Made by a program: the position numbers and the translations under genes. The notes under the pieces are model-generated. The model was not told the DNA's origin, did not search any database, and saw only the letters and a program-made list of their open reading frames with translations. Of a DNA stretch of 64,000 nt, positions 1-8,271 are shown piece by piece. Source of the stretch: Candidatus Binatia bacterium (GTDB lineage Bacteria; Desulfobacterota; Binatia; UBA9968; JAJDTQ01); contig OY761465.1 of assembly GCA_963664535.1 (NCBI GenBank), forward strand, positions 2,063,879 to 2,127,878, in the 5' to 3' direction. The stretch's first letter is position 1. Each line of letters begins with the position of its first letter.

Positions 1-259
1 CGATTCGGGAATGTGGCAAGGATGGTCGTTCAACGAGAAAATGAATCTTCCCTTGCTTCCCTTGCCAGGGAAAAAAGCGGCGCGATTCTGTGTTTGCGGT
101 ATTGACTTCAATTCGGGAATGTGACAAGCATAGCAGTCGATGAGTAAAATCCTTGCTTTTGCAGCGGGAAACAACAAGCTTCAACTTGTCTTACCGGACG
201 CGAAGCAGCCTAATTTCGGTGCCTAGGGAGCCTAGGGATACTAGGAGGGAGGAAACATA

Positions 260-2023
260 ATGTTTCGACACCAGATCAGACTTTCTCTTCTCGCAGTGTT
301 AGCGGCGGGCTTGCTCGCGCTTTCCGGTTGCGGCGGAGGCAGTTCAACGACGGCGCCCGCGGACTCCATGGATTCAATGCCGATGGAGCACACGGTGGAT
401 TTGAGCGGCTTGGAGGCCGAAGCCACGGCGGGCGAGGCTGAGATCGCCGCGGGTATGTCAGCCGTCATTGGTGATGTCGAGTACTCATGCCCTGCCGGCG
501 GCGAAGACTGCTCCGTCGCCGTCGTGGCGTCCGAGGACGGCATCGTTGCGACATCCACCGGCGGAATGGCCACCGCGGCGGACTCGCCCGCCTATGAGAC
601 GAGGGAAACCATGGCGATGACGGCCGAGGCGAACACCAAGAGGGTGCGCATCGTCGAGGAGGCCGCGCAGGGCCCCGGCCAGACCCCTGCAAACCCCGAC
701 GCCGGTCTCGGTGGGTCTGGCAGGAATAACGCGGACGGGACGGCGGACACTGCTGACGATCCATACGGACTTTCCATCGAGCGCGATGACGACGGCACCA
801 CGGTCAAGATCACCGATCCCGCCAATGCGGGCGACGACGATCCCAAGTTCACGCAGGCCGACGACCTGGGTAACGGGCGCACCATGCACACCCGCACGAT
901 GAAAGCGGATGACGACGGCAACGTGGAGACCGAGGTCGTGATCGTCCAGACTGACATCATGGCGCCCAAGGATGTGGCGTTTGCGGATTGGGAGAGCAAT
1001 GCGGGCGGAGATAAGCCCCAAGCCCTGACCGTGATGGGTAATGATGGCGCCATTCCAGGTGAGAATGAGGACGCCGATGCCCTTGATATTGACGAAGACA
1101 CCGATCTCGCCGATGACGCCAATACATACATAGTGCTTGATCGTTCCACAACGGACGGGGTACTCACGTACTCTCGCGATAATCCGGGCACCCAGCCAAC
1201 CATGAATGTGGACGAGGGTGAGCATGACGGAACCTACAACGGGGCTGAGGGCAAATACAGGTGCACGTCAACAACGACGGATAACTGCACCGTTACGTTC
1301 AACGACAAGGGCCAAGTCACCGGCAACAGCGACAACTGGGTATTCGTTCCAGATAAAGGCGCCACATCCTCCCAGCCGGACTACGAGTACCTCTCCTACG
1401 GGGTCTGGCTGAAGAAGACCAAGACCAAGGACGAGGACGGCGTGACCAAGTACGACGAGGTCGAGACCTTCTACAGTGTAGTGGGTCACCCGGAAACGAC
1501 CAACGGCGACCTTGCTGGCGTTGAGGGCACCGCGACCTATAACGGCTACGCCACGGGCGTGTACGTGAAGGACAAGACCGACGACTCGGCCACTCGCCTC
1601 TCGTCCACGGCCGGCCACTTCTCGGCGTCCGTCAAGTTGGACGCGAGCTTCGGCGGCGGTGACGTCGCCGACAACAGGCAGTTCACCATCGACGGCGAAA
1701 TCACGGGCTTCGAATTGTCCGGTGGCGAAACGAACGACTGGGAGGTGAGCCTGGATCTCACCGACTTCAGTGGCCGGGGTACAGGAGAAGAACCCGGCAA
1801 ATCGGACCACGGCACCGCATACGATAATGAGTTCAGCGGCGTGACCACGGGCGACGCCACGGCCGACCGCGGGACGTGGAACGGAGCATTCTACGGGTCC
1901 TCGACGGCGGTCGATGGCGTCAGTCCCCAGCCGGTCGCCGTAGTGGGCGAGTTCAACGCCGACTTCACGGACGGAACCGTGGCGGGTGCTTTCGGCACAA
2001 ACAAGGCGCCCGAGGCCAAGTAA
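260..2023 (+). CDS. Acidic surface lipoprotein with C-terminal TbpB/HupA-like beta-barrel (transferrin-binding-protein-like)
   Basis: Lipobox LSG-C followed by GGGSS; RBS GGAGG upstream; C-terminal pattern GTATYNG.ATG.Y / F.A.V.L.A.F / IDGEITGF / W.GAFYG / GEFNA.F..G.VAGAFG typical of TbpB-type barrels. Confidence 0.7.
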   Translation: MFRHQIRLSLLAVLAAGLLALSGCGGGSSTTAPADSMDSMPMEHTVDLSGLEAEATAGEAEIAAGMSAVIGDVEYSCPAGGEDCSVAVVASEDGIVATSTGGMATAADSPAYETRETMAMTAEANTKRVRIVEEAAQGPGQTPANPDAGLGGSGRNNADGTADTADDPYGLSIERDDDGTTVKITDPANAGDDDPKFTQADDLGNGRTMHTRTMKADDDGNVETEVVIVQTDIMAPKDVAFADWESNAGGDKPQALTVMGNDGAIPGENEDADALDIDEDTDLADDANTYIVLDRSTTDGVLTYSRDNPGTQPTMNVDEGEHDGTYNGAEGKYRCTSTTTDNCTVTFNDKGQVTGNSDNWVFVPDKGATSSQPDYEYLSYGVWLKKTKTKDEDGVTKYDEVETFYSVVGHPETTNGDLAGVEGTATYNGYATGVYVKDKTDDSATRLSSTAGHFSASVKLDASFGGGDVADNRQFTIDGEITGFELSGGETNDWEVSLDLTDFSGRGTGEEPGKSDHGTAYDNEFSGVTTGDATADRGTWNGAFYGSSTAVDGVSPQPVAVVGEFNADFTDGTVAGAFGTNKAPEAK

Positions 2024-2082
2024 CCACAACAACGGCGACAACCAGAGGGGATTGTTGACCCCTCTGGTTCCAACGGTGTGAC

Positions 2083-2116
2083 AAAGAGGGCGGCCGGCTG
2101 GCCGCCCTCTTTTTTT
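2083..2116 (+). terminator. Rho-independent terminator
   Basis: AAAGAGGGCGGCC-ggct-GGCCGCCCTCTTT 13-bp stem followed by a T run; a second 10-bp hairpin lies at 2041-2068. Confidence 0.8.
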
Positions 2117-2132
2117 GTCCTCCGAACGCCCC

Positions 2133-2308
2133 CCTTCCGTCATTCCCGCGAAAGCGGGAATCCAGGGGCGGCGGTGGGGTGCCCAGACCGATGAACCCCG
2201 CCCCATCTGGATTCCCGCTTTCGCGGGAATGACGGGAAGGGCAGCACCGGGAAAGACGGAAGGGCGGCACCGGGAATGACGGAAGGAGGGCACTGGACTT
2301 TTGAAGAG
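2133..2308. repeat. CGTC-type REP doublet with tandem tail; left arm of a ~176-bp inverted repeat
   Basis: CGTCATTCCCGCGAAAGCGGGAATCC, ~47-bp spacer, inverted copy, then GGGAA(T/A)GACGG half-units; reverse complement matches 4882-5059. Confidence 0.9.
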
Positions 2309-2406
2309 ATCCGGTGGTAGTGGGAGTTAGTCGGGGCGGCCGGTGGTCAATGGACCGCGCCCGCGGATTGTCGTCTACCAAATCTCCATCACAGGAGCGA
2401 ACTGCC

Positions 2407-3741
2407 ATGTTGGCGAATCTCATCAGGAACGCTCATGCGGCTGGTACTGCCTTGTTGATGGTAGCAGCGGCAAGCGTACTCTGGACCCCTGCGCATGCGG
2501 ACACTGCCGAGCGCATATGGACCGACGGTCTCATGGAGATTGGAACCTGCGGTACGACTAACGAAACCTTTTCAGCGGGTGCGCGCTGTTTCCTCGGCAG
2601 TAGCCTCAATCGTCTGCTCAACGAAGGAACCCGCTTGGCCAGCGACTACGGAAAGTCGGCGTTCGGACAGAATTTTCGGCTGGTTGGAAATCTGACCTAT
2701 TCTCCGATTCCTGGTCAAACCGGGCTCTTCGGTGATCTTGACGCTGTCATTCCGTTTGCTGGCGGCGGATACGGGACTGGATTGCAAGGGTCGGGCCCTG
2801 CGCTTTTCTTGCAGCAGGGCATCACCCGCTGGCGGGACAGTACCAGCTCTCTCCACAACGACCTGCGGCACGGGCTAGTCTATCGTTTTCGGACTTCGGG
2901 CGAGTCGGGCGCCGACATCCTGGGCGTCGCGGTGTTCCACTTGACCAACGTCGAGCAGCGGCACGAAGTGTTGGCGCATTCGATCGATTACATGGGCCGT
3001 TGGGGGACCGCCTCGCTTCGCTATTTCAGCCCGACTACCGACTGGCGCGCAACCGGATCCGGACAGATGGAACGCGCACTTGAAGGGATGGAGTTGGCGG
3101 CGGGTGTCGACGTCACCTCGACCTTTCGATTGAACACGACCGGCCATCGCTGGAAATCCGAAGACGGTTCTGATCAATGGACCCAGGGCGTGCGGTTGGA
3201 TGTCGGCTGGCGACCGCATCCGTGGATGCTCCTGAGCGCGGGCTACGACCGCATGAGGGAAGGCGAGGATACCGTATCGTTTCTTGCCGGGCTCAGGATT
3301 CCGCTTGGAAGCCAGTCGGAACCTCCGCGATGGGAAGGGCTTGGCTTGGCAGCCGGCGGTTCCGCGCCAAGTACGACGGACTTGTGGCGCCCCACGGAAG
3401 GCATCGGCCAGATACGCGTAGCCACACGTACGTCGCCGGAAAGCCTCGTCAACAACGCGAAGGTTCGTTTCCTGCAAGACACGGTGAGCAGCGGCGGCAC
3501 GGTGCAGCTTGAAGTCGTGCTTCCCGCTGCGGCGCCGCGGGACATCCGTGTCTCGGTGCGACTTGTTCCAGGGAGCGGCGGTGACCCCGCGGTTCCCGGT
3601 GAGGATTTCGTCGATGAGCCCGTGGAGACAACGATTGCGAAGGGCGCCAAGACGGGGCGTGTATTCGTGCGGCTCCTTCGCAATCCGGATATGCAAGAAA
3701 GTCGAAGTCTTGGAGCTACGGTCTCCGCCGTCTCGTCGTGA
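2407..3741 (+). CDS. Inverse autotransporter (invasin/intimin-type) beta-barrel protein with one C-terminal Calx-beta-like domain
   Basis: Start moved to ATG 2407 (AGGAG upstream, signal peptide ending AHA); amphipathic strands (LFGDLDAVIPF, LFLQQGITRW, GLVYRF, SLRYFSP, ERALEGMEL); tail resembles Calx-beta (AVPGEDF..V..TIAKGAKTGRV.V.LL). Confidence 0.6.
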   Translation: MLANLIRNAHAAGTALLMVAAASVLWTPAHADTAERIWTDGLMEIGTCGTTNETFSAGARCFLGSSLNRLLNEGTRLASDYGKSAFGQNFRLVGNLTYSPIPGQTGLFGDLDAVIPFAGGGYGTGLQGSGPALFLQQGITRWRDSTSSLHNDLRHGLVYRFRTSGESGADILGVAVFHLTNVEQRHEVLAHSIDYMGRWGTASLRYFSPTTDWRATGSGQMERALEGMELAAGVDVTSTFRLNTTGHRWKSEDGSDQWTQGVRLDVGWRPHPWMLLSAGYDRMREGEDTVSFLAGLRIPLGSQSEPPRWEGLGLAAGGSAPSTTDLWRPTEGIGQIRVATRTSPESLVNNAKVRFLQDTVSSGGTVQLEVVLPAAAPRDIRVSVRLVPGSGGDPAVPGEDFVDEPVETTIAKGAKTGRVFVRLLRNPDMQESRSLGATVSAVSS

Positions 3742-3805
3742 GTTCTTCGCCGTACATCACGAATCCGAATATCGGATCAAGTTGAATCCGCATCGGAGTG
3801 GACCC

Positions 3806-4789
3806 ATGTCGCGAAATCAATCTGTAAGGTTGGCGTCCTTGATGGCGGCATTTTGCGCCATCGCCGGATTGACTGCTTGCGGCGGAGGTGGTGGTGACAA
3901 TGCTACAAGCCGGAGTGGTCCCGGCGATGAGGTAGTGATCACGCCGCCGAGCGGCGCTCCGGACATGACGGTTGGGACACCTGCGGTCAGCGACAGCAGT
4001 CCGGATGCGGGTGCGTCGTTCACGCTTCGCGCGACGGTACGCAACGGGGGCGACGGCGGGTCGGCTGCGACGACGCTGCGCTACTACCGCTCCTCGGATG
4101 CGACGATATCCGCGTCGGACACGGCGGTGGGCACGGACGCGGTGAGTGCGCTTTCGGCTTCGGGCACGAGCGCGCAGTCGATCAGTCTGCCAGCGCCGTC
4201 GAGTGCCGGGACGTACTACTACGGCGCCTGCGTGGACACGGTGTCCGGAGAGTCCGATACGCGCAACAACTGCTCCGGTGGCGTGCGCGTCAACGTGAGC
4301 CGTAGTGGTGGCACGGGAGGAACGGGTGGCGCGGCGGCGACATCGGGCACGGCGGGCCCGACGAGCACGAGAGCCTCTTATTGCAATTCGGGCAATTCCC
4401 GCCACGGCGCGATCGTGCACAGTTGGCGGGGACAGTTCTGCGAGGACGGTTATAGCTGGTGTTACGCGTACAATTTTCCTGACCTCAATTCGGCCATATC
4501 TGGTGCGGAATCCGCGTGCCAAAGTGCCGGTTTGGCCTATAGGGGGTTGTTCTGGGTATTCACTCGCTGCGGAGCGCTGGCCTATGGCAAATCGGGTCCG
4601 AGGTGTGGCCTACGTCGTGGTAAAGGAGCTACAAGGTCCGCGGCGGAACAGGACGCCCTCTCGAAGTGTCGAGCAGATTTTACCGAGTGCGAGATTGCCG
4701 GCTATACTCCTAGCGAGGCTACGCCTCAGACCGACGAGTCGGAAAACATTGACTTTTTGAGTCAAGATCGGATGAATCAAGGATTCTAG
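3806..4789 (+). CDS. Lipoprotein with CARDB (Ig-like) domain and Cys-rich DUF4189-like C-terminus
   Basis: Start moved to ATG 3806; lipobox LTA-C GGGGG; PDMTV...FTLRATVRN.G...YYYGACVD..SGESDTRNNCS is CARDB-like; HGAIVH...C...CGALAYG...AEQDALSKC is DUF4189-like. Confidence 0.65.
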   Translation: MSRNQSVRLASLMAAFCAIAGLTACGGGGGDNATSRSGPGDEVVITPPSGAPDMTVGTPAVSDSSPDAGASFTLRATVRNGGDGGSAATTLRYYRSSDATISASDTAVGTDAVSALSASGTSAQSISLPAPSSAGTYYYGACVDTVSGESDTRNNCSGGVRVNVSRSGGTGGTGGAAATSGTAGPTSTRASYCNSGNSRHGAIVHSWRGQFCEDGYSWCYAYNFPDLNSAISGAESACQSAGLAYRGLFWVFTRCGALAYGKSGPRCGLRRGKGATRSAAEQDALSKCRADFTECEIAGYTPSEATPQTDESENIDFLSQDRMNQGF

Positions 4790-4881
4790 TGCCAGTTCGA
4801 GCGCCGACGCGCCGCCTCTTGCCGAGGCGCAGTCCGGCAGCAGCATCACGGATTCCCCGCCCGGCGCCTTGAACCCCAGGA

Positions 4882-5078
4882 CTCTTCAAAAGTCCGCTGC
4901 CCTCCTTCCGTCATTCCTGGTGCCCCCCTTCCCGTCATTCCCGGTGCTGCCCTTCCCGTCATTCCCGCGAAAGCGGGAATCCAGATGGGGCGGGGTTCAT
5001 CGGTCTGGGCGCCCCACCGCCGCCCCTGGATTCCCGCTTTCGCGGGAATGACGGGAAGGGCAGCACCAGGAATGACGG
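4882..5078. repeat. CGTC-type REP doublet with tails; right arm of the inverted repeat
   Basis: Reverse complement of 2133-2308, including the doublet spacer (one mismatch) and the inner end CTCTTCAAAAGTCC. Confidence 0.9.
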
Positions 5079-5201
5079 GGGCATGCGGGAGTCAATCGAA
5101 TCGCTGGCTGCCGGCGGTCCGTTCGTTCAGGCCCCGCATAATCACCAGCCAGCTCTCGAAACTTTCCCCCTGCATTTCGCAACCGCGCTCCGCCACGGCT
5201 G

Positions 5202-5684
5202 TCAAGGCGCGGCCGCCTTGGCCGCGCCCACCTGGACGATGCGGCGCTTGTCGACGCCGGCGACGCCCACGTACTTGAACATCCTGGCGTCCAGCTCACG
5301 GGCCTGGAAGCCCTGGACCACCACGCTCTTGCTGCCGTCCAGCAGCGCCGCGAAGGGCGCCGCCTGGCTCTTGCCTGCCGGGTTGGTGGGGAACCGGAAG
5401 CTCGTGCCCGGGACGTTGGTGAACTCGATGCGGCCCTTCTCGTCGCTGATCCAGAACTCCGAGATGGCCGATCCCGCGGCCACCTTGGTCAACGCCGCGT
5501 TGATGTCGTCGTTGCTCATGCCCGCCTTGAGCGCGGCGGCAATGAAATGGGCCGTGAGCATGGCTTGCCCCACCATGTGCCGCGAAACCGCATCGTCCGC
5601 CGCCCGCGCCCTGTCCGCTGTCAACACGCCGCCCAATACCAGACAAAGCCCCAGGGCCGCCACTGTCGTCAAGGTCCGTTTCAT
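5202..5684 (-). CDS. Secreted stand-alone Cache-like sensor-domain protein
   Basis: Start moved to MKRTL (5684, AAGGAG upstream); signal peptide; EFWISDEKG...Q..ELD..MFKYVGVAG.D..RIVQVG resembles Cache domains of chemoreceptors. Confidence 0.5.
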   Translation of the reverse strand: MKRTLTTVAALGLCLVLGGVLTADRARAADDAVSRHMVGQAMLTAHFIAAALKAGMSNDDINAALTKVAAGSAISEFWISDEKGRIEFTNVPGTSFRFPTNPAGKSQAAPFAALLDGSKSVVVQGFQARELDARMFKYVGVAGVDKRRIVQVGAAKAAAP

Positions 5685-5707
5685 GGTGCTCTCCTTTCGT
5701 CGCATGC

Positions 5708-5865
5708 CGTCATTCCCGCCCCCCCTCCTGTCACTCCCCGCCCCCCCTCCTGTCACTCCCCGCCCCCTCCCGTCATTCCCGCGGAAGCGGGAATCCCGGC
5801 GGGGCGGCGGAACAACGCCGTGCCCCGTCCTCCCCGCCCTGGATTCCCGCTTCCGCGGGAATGAC
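5708..5865. repeat. CGTC-type REP doublet with three ~21-bp half-unit repeats
   Basis: CGTCATTCCCGCGGAAGCGGGAATCC...GGATTCCCGCTTCCGCGGGAATGACG preceded by (C/T)GTCA(T/C)TCCC units. Confidence 0.9.
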
Positions 5866-5925
5866 GGGAGGGGGCGGGGAGTGACGATACGTCGCGCCGC
5901 AGCAGGACCCGGAGGGCCCTGCCCC

Positions 5926-6360
5926 CTACGCGTCTCCTTCCCATGGGTCGTAGCTGCCGAAGCACCAGAGGTTGCCTTCCGGGTCGCGGCAACAGTAGAG
6001 CCGGCCGCCGTATTCCTGGTCCTCGGGAGCCATGACGATCTCGGCGCCCGCGCCCGCGGCCCTGGCGTGGTGGGCGTCCACGTCGGTGACGATGAGATAG
6101 ATGGTTTGCGACACCGGATCGCCGGGCTTGGCCAGCGGCCGGTGAAGTATCCCGTAGTCGTCGTCCCGGGCGGAGCCGAGCATCACCATGCCGTTGCCGA
6201 ACACGAGCTGGGCGTGGAGGATGAGACCGCCCTCCCCCGGCACCACCAGATGCCGCTGAAAACCAAAGGCATCGCACAGCCAATCGATGGCCCGGCCCGC
6301 GTCCTTGTAGCGGAGCCCCGGAATCGTCGTCGTCCTCGTATCCTTCGCCAGACCGCTCAT
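5926..6360 (-). CDS. VOC/glyoxalase/bleomycin-resistance family protein
   Basis: LRYKDA..AIDWL..AFGF, HAQL.FG.G.VMLGS, DVDAHHARA..AGAEIV, YGGR.Y..RDPEGNLW.FG. Confidence 0.9.
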   Translation of the reverse strand: MSGLAKDTRTTTIPGLRYKDAGRAIDWLCDAFGFQRHLVVPGEGGLILHAQLVFGNGMVMLGSARDDDYGILHRPLAKPGDPVSQTIYLIVTDVDAHHARAAGAGAEIVMAPEDQEYGGRLYCCRDPEGNLWCFGSYDPWEGDA

Positions 6361-6459
6361 TCAGCCTCTCCTGTCGCCTCTTCGCCAGACCCCTGCAAGC
6401 GGGCCGCCGTTCGCGTAGTCTTCCATATTCGCCCCGACACGCCAAGTTCGGGGTGCCGG

Positions 6460-6624
6460 CTAGTGTCGTGTCCCACGTAAATGTTGACAAAGGTGCGCAG
6501 GATTTTTCGTTGTCGGCAAGGCGCGATGACGAGCAGTGGCGGATACCACGCGAGGAAGAGCAACGCAGCCGACGACGAAAAAGACCAGCAGATTTGTCAA
6601 CATTTACGTGGGACACGACACTAG
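6460..6624. mobile_element. 165-bp MITE, copy 1 (32-bp perfect terminal inverted repeats beginning CTAG)
   Basis: CTAGTGTCGTGTCCCACGTAAATGTTGACAAA ... TTTGTCAACATTTACGTGGGACACGACACTAG; interior is the reverse complement of the interior of 20353-20517; no ORF. Confidence 0.85.
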
Positions 6625-7946
6625 ACCAGCAGCGCGTTCACCCCCGCCAGCACCAGGATGCATCCAATGGCGAACAGCGCGGTGAACTGGAGGTTGGGAC
6701 CGAGGATGACCTTGCCCGGGGGGACGCGGAACATGGTGGTGGCGGTGCCGACCATGATGGCGGAGAGGCCGATTATGGACGAGCAGCACCAGGCCGCCAG
6801 AGTGCTCTCGATGAGCACCACGCCCGCCACCCGCACCGGCAGGTCCGAGAACACCGACAGGAGCAACGACACCGACACGATCTGGTGCACCCCGACCAGG
6901 GCGCCGAGGGACGTGGCGCCGATCATGGTGGCGATGACGGCAATGGCCGGCAGATCGAGGCCACCGATCCAGCCGGTAATGCCGGTCTGCGCGAAGACGT
7001 GGCGGATCACCCCGCCCAGGGCCAGCGACAGGGTCAGGATCGCGATCTCGTTGCCGACATAGGCGGTGCCCCGGTAGGTGCCGGCCAGGGCCGTCACGAA
7101 CGCGCGCCGGCCCTTTCCCAGGAGCGCCAGCGCGCACAGAACCGGCACGCTCACGATCAACGCCTCCAGGCCCGACAACACCGTGACGCCGGACAGCACC
7201 GCCACCGACAGGACGCAGACCGCCACCGGCGGGACGATGGGCTGGAGGCTCCGGAGCGCCCGCCACAGGAGGGTGATGCCTGGTTCCGGCGCAAAGAGCA
7301 CGTGGGAGGCCGTCAACGCCAGGGCGGCCATGGACATGCCCAACGCCATGGTGTGCCACAGGGGCACCCCCGGCACGTACTGCGACGACAGCGCCATGGC
7401 GATCCAGAACGGCGACCACAGGCCGGCGAGGCCGCCGCCGCGGTGGCAGGCGCGCATGGCCGCCAGGTGCTCCTCCTCCGCCTTGCCCTGGCCTATGATA
7501 GGGGCGGTGATGGCGTAGGCGCCCGGGCCCAGCACCACCGCCAGCAGGTGGCTGCCCACCAGGAAGCCGCCCAGCCGGTGGTCGGGCTTGAGCCGCTCGA
7601 ACAGCGCACGCGCATGAGCGATCTGCCGGAGCTGCTCCCCGGTGGCGCGCAGCAGCACGATGGTGCCGAAGAAGCCGGCGAACATGGGCGCCGCCGTGAA
7701 CCCTGTCAGCACCGTGGCCGGGCCGCCGTAGATGAAGATGAGCACGGCGGCCAGGGTGGTGAGCGCGCAGCACAGGACGATGGTCGCCCGGCGCAGGAAT
7801 ACGAACACCCGGAGGATGAACAACGCGGCGAAGACCGCCCCCGCGAGGTCCATGGCCGCGCCCGGCCATGCCATCCGGACCACCTGGCTCCCCCATAGAA
7901 GCACGAACAGAGTCTCCGGGCGGGTGAGTTGCTTCAAGAGCACCAT
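6621..7946 (-). CDS. Polytopic membrane protein, probable secondary transporter (family uncertain)
   Basis: 441 aa with about 10-12 hydrophobic segments; stop TAG lies in the MITE terminal CTAG. Confidence 0.6.
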   Translation of the reverse strand: MVLLKQLTRPETLFVLLWGSQVVRMAWPGAAMDLAGAVFAALFILRVFVFLRRATIVLCCALTTLAAVLIFIYGGPATVLTGFTAAPMFAGFFGTIVLLRATGEQLRQIAHARALFERLKPDHRLGGFLVGSHLLAVVLGPGAYAITAPIIGQGKAEEEHLAAMRACHRGGGLAGLWSPFWIAMALSSQYVPGVPLWHTMALGMSMAALALTASHVLFAPEPGITLLWRALRSLQPIVPPVAVCVLSVAVLSGVTVLSGLEALIVSVPVLCALALLGKGRRAFVTALAGTYRGTAYVGNEIAILTLSLALGGVIRHVFAQTGITGWIGGLDLPAIAVIATMIGATSLGALVGVHQIVSVSLLLSVFSDLPVRVAGVVLIESTLAAWCCSSIIGLSAIMVGTATTMFRVPPGKVILGPNLQFTALFAIGCILVLAGVNALLV

Positions 7947-8036
7947 TGCTTTGCGAAACGCGACACGCGTGTACTAGTCTGGTACGAATATTGGCATGGA
8001 CACCGACGCCCGGAAACCGTCGTTTCCGCTTTCTCC

Positions 8037-8229
8037 CGTCATTCCCGCGCCCTCCCGTCATTCCCGCGGAAGCGGGAATCCAGGTGGGGTGGGACCAGGA
8101 AACACTGACGCCGTGTCCCCCCGACCCTGGATTCCCGCTTTCGCGGGAATGACGGGAGGGTGCGGGAATGACGAGAGATAGCAGGAATTACGGGAGACAG
8201 CAGGAATGACGGGCGGGTCCGGGAATGAA
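8037..8229. repeat. CGTC-type REP doublet with ~19-bp periodic tail
   Basis: Two inverted ATTCCCGC-N4-GCGGGAAT palindromes followed by four to five GGAAT(G/T)ACG units. Confidence 0.9.
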
Positions 8230-8271
8230 AGGGGCCTGATAGACATCTCAGGTCAAGTCACGGAGCGGCAC

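Noticed and set aside
4869-5278. Short ORFs with VIPAKAGIQ, WIPAFAGMT, SFPRKRES or RHSRESGNP (also near 7996, 8058, 37759, 51698, 62387)
   Set aside because: They are translations of non-coding REP palindromes.
8037-8229. CRISPR-like look of the periodic repeat-spacer tails here and at 2.2, 5.7, 19.8, 37.9 and 52.0 kb
   Set aside because: Anchors are only about 9 bp and degenerate, spacers are 10-15 bp and resemble each other, full repeats are inverted rather than direct, and no cas genes are present.
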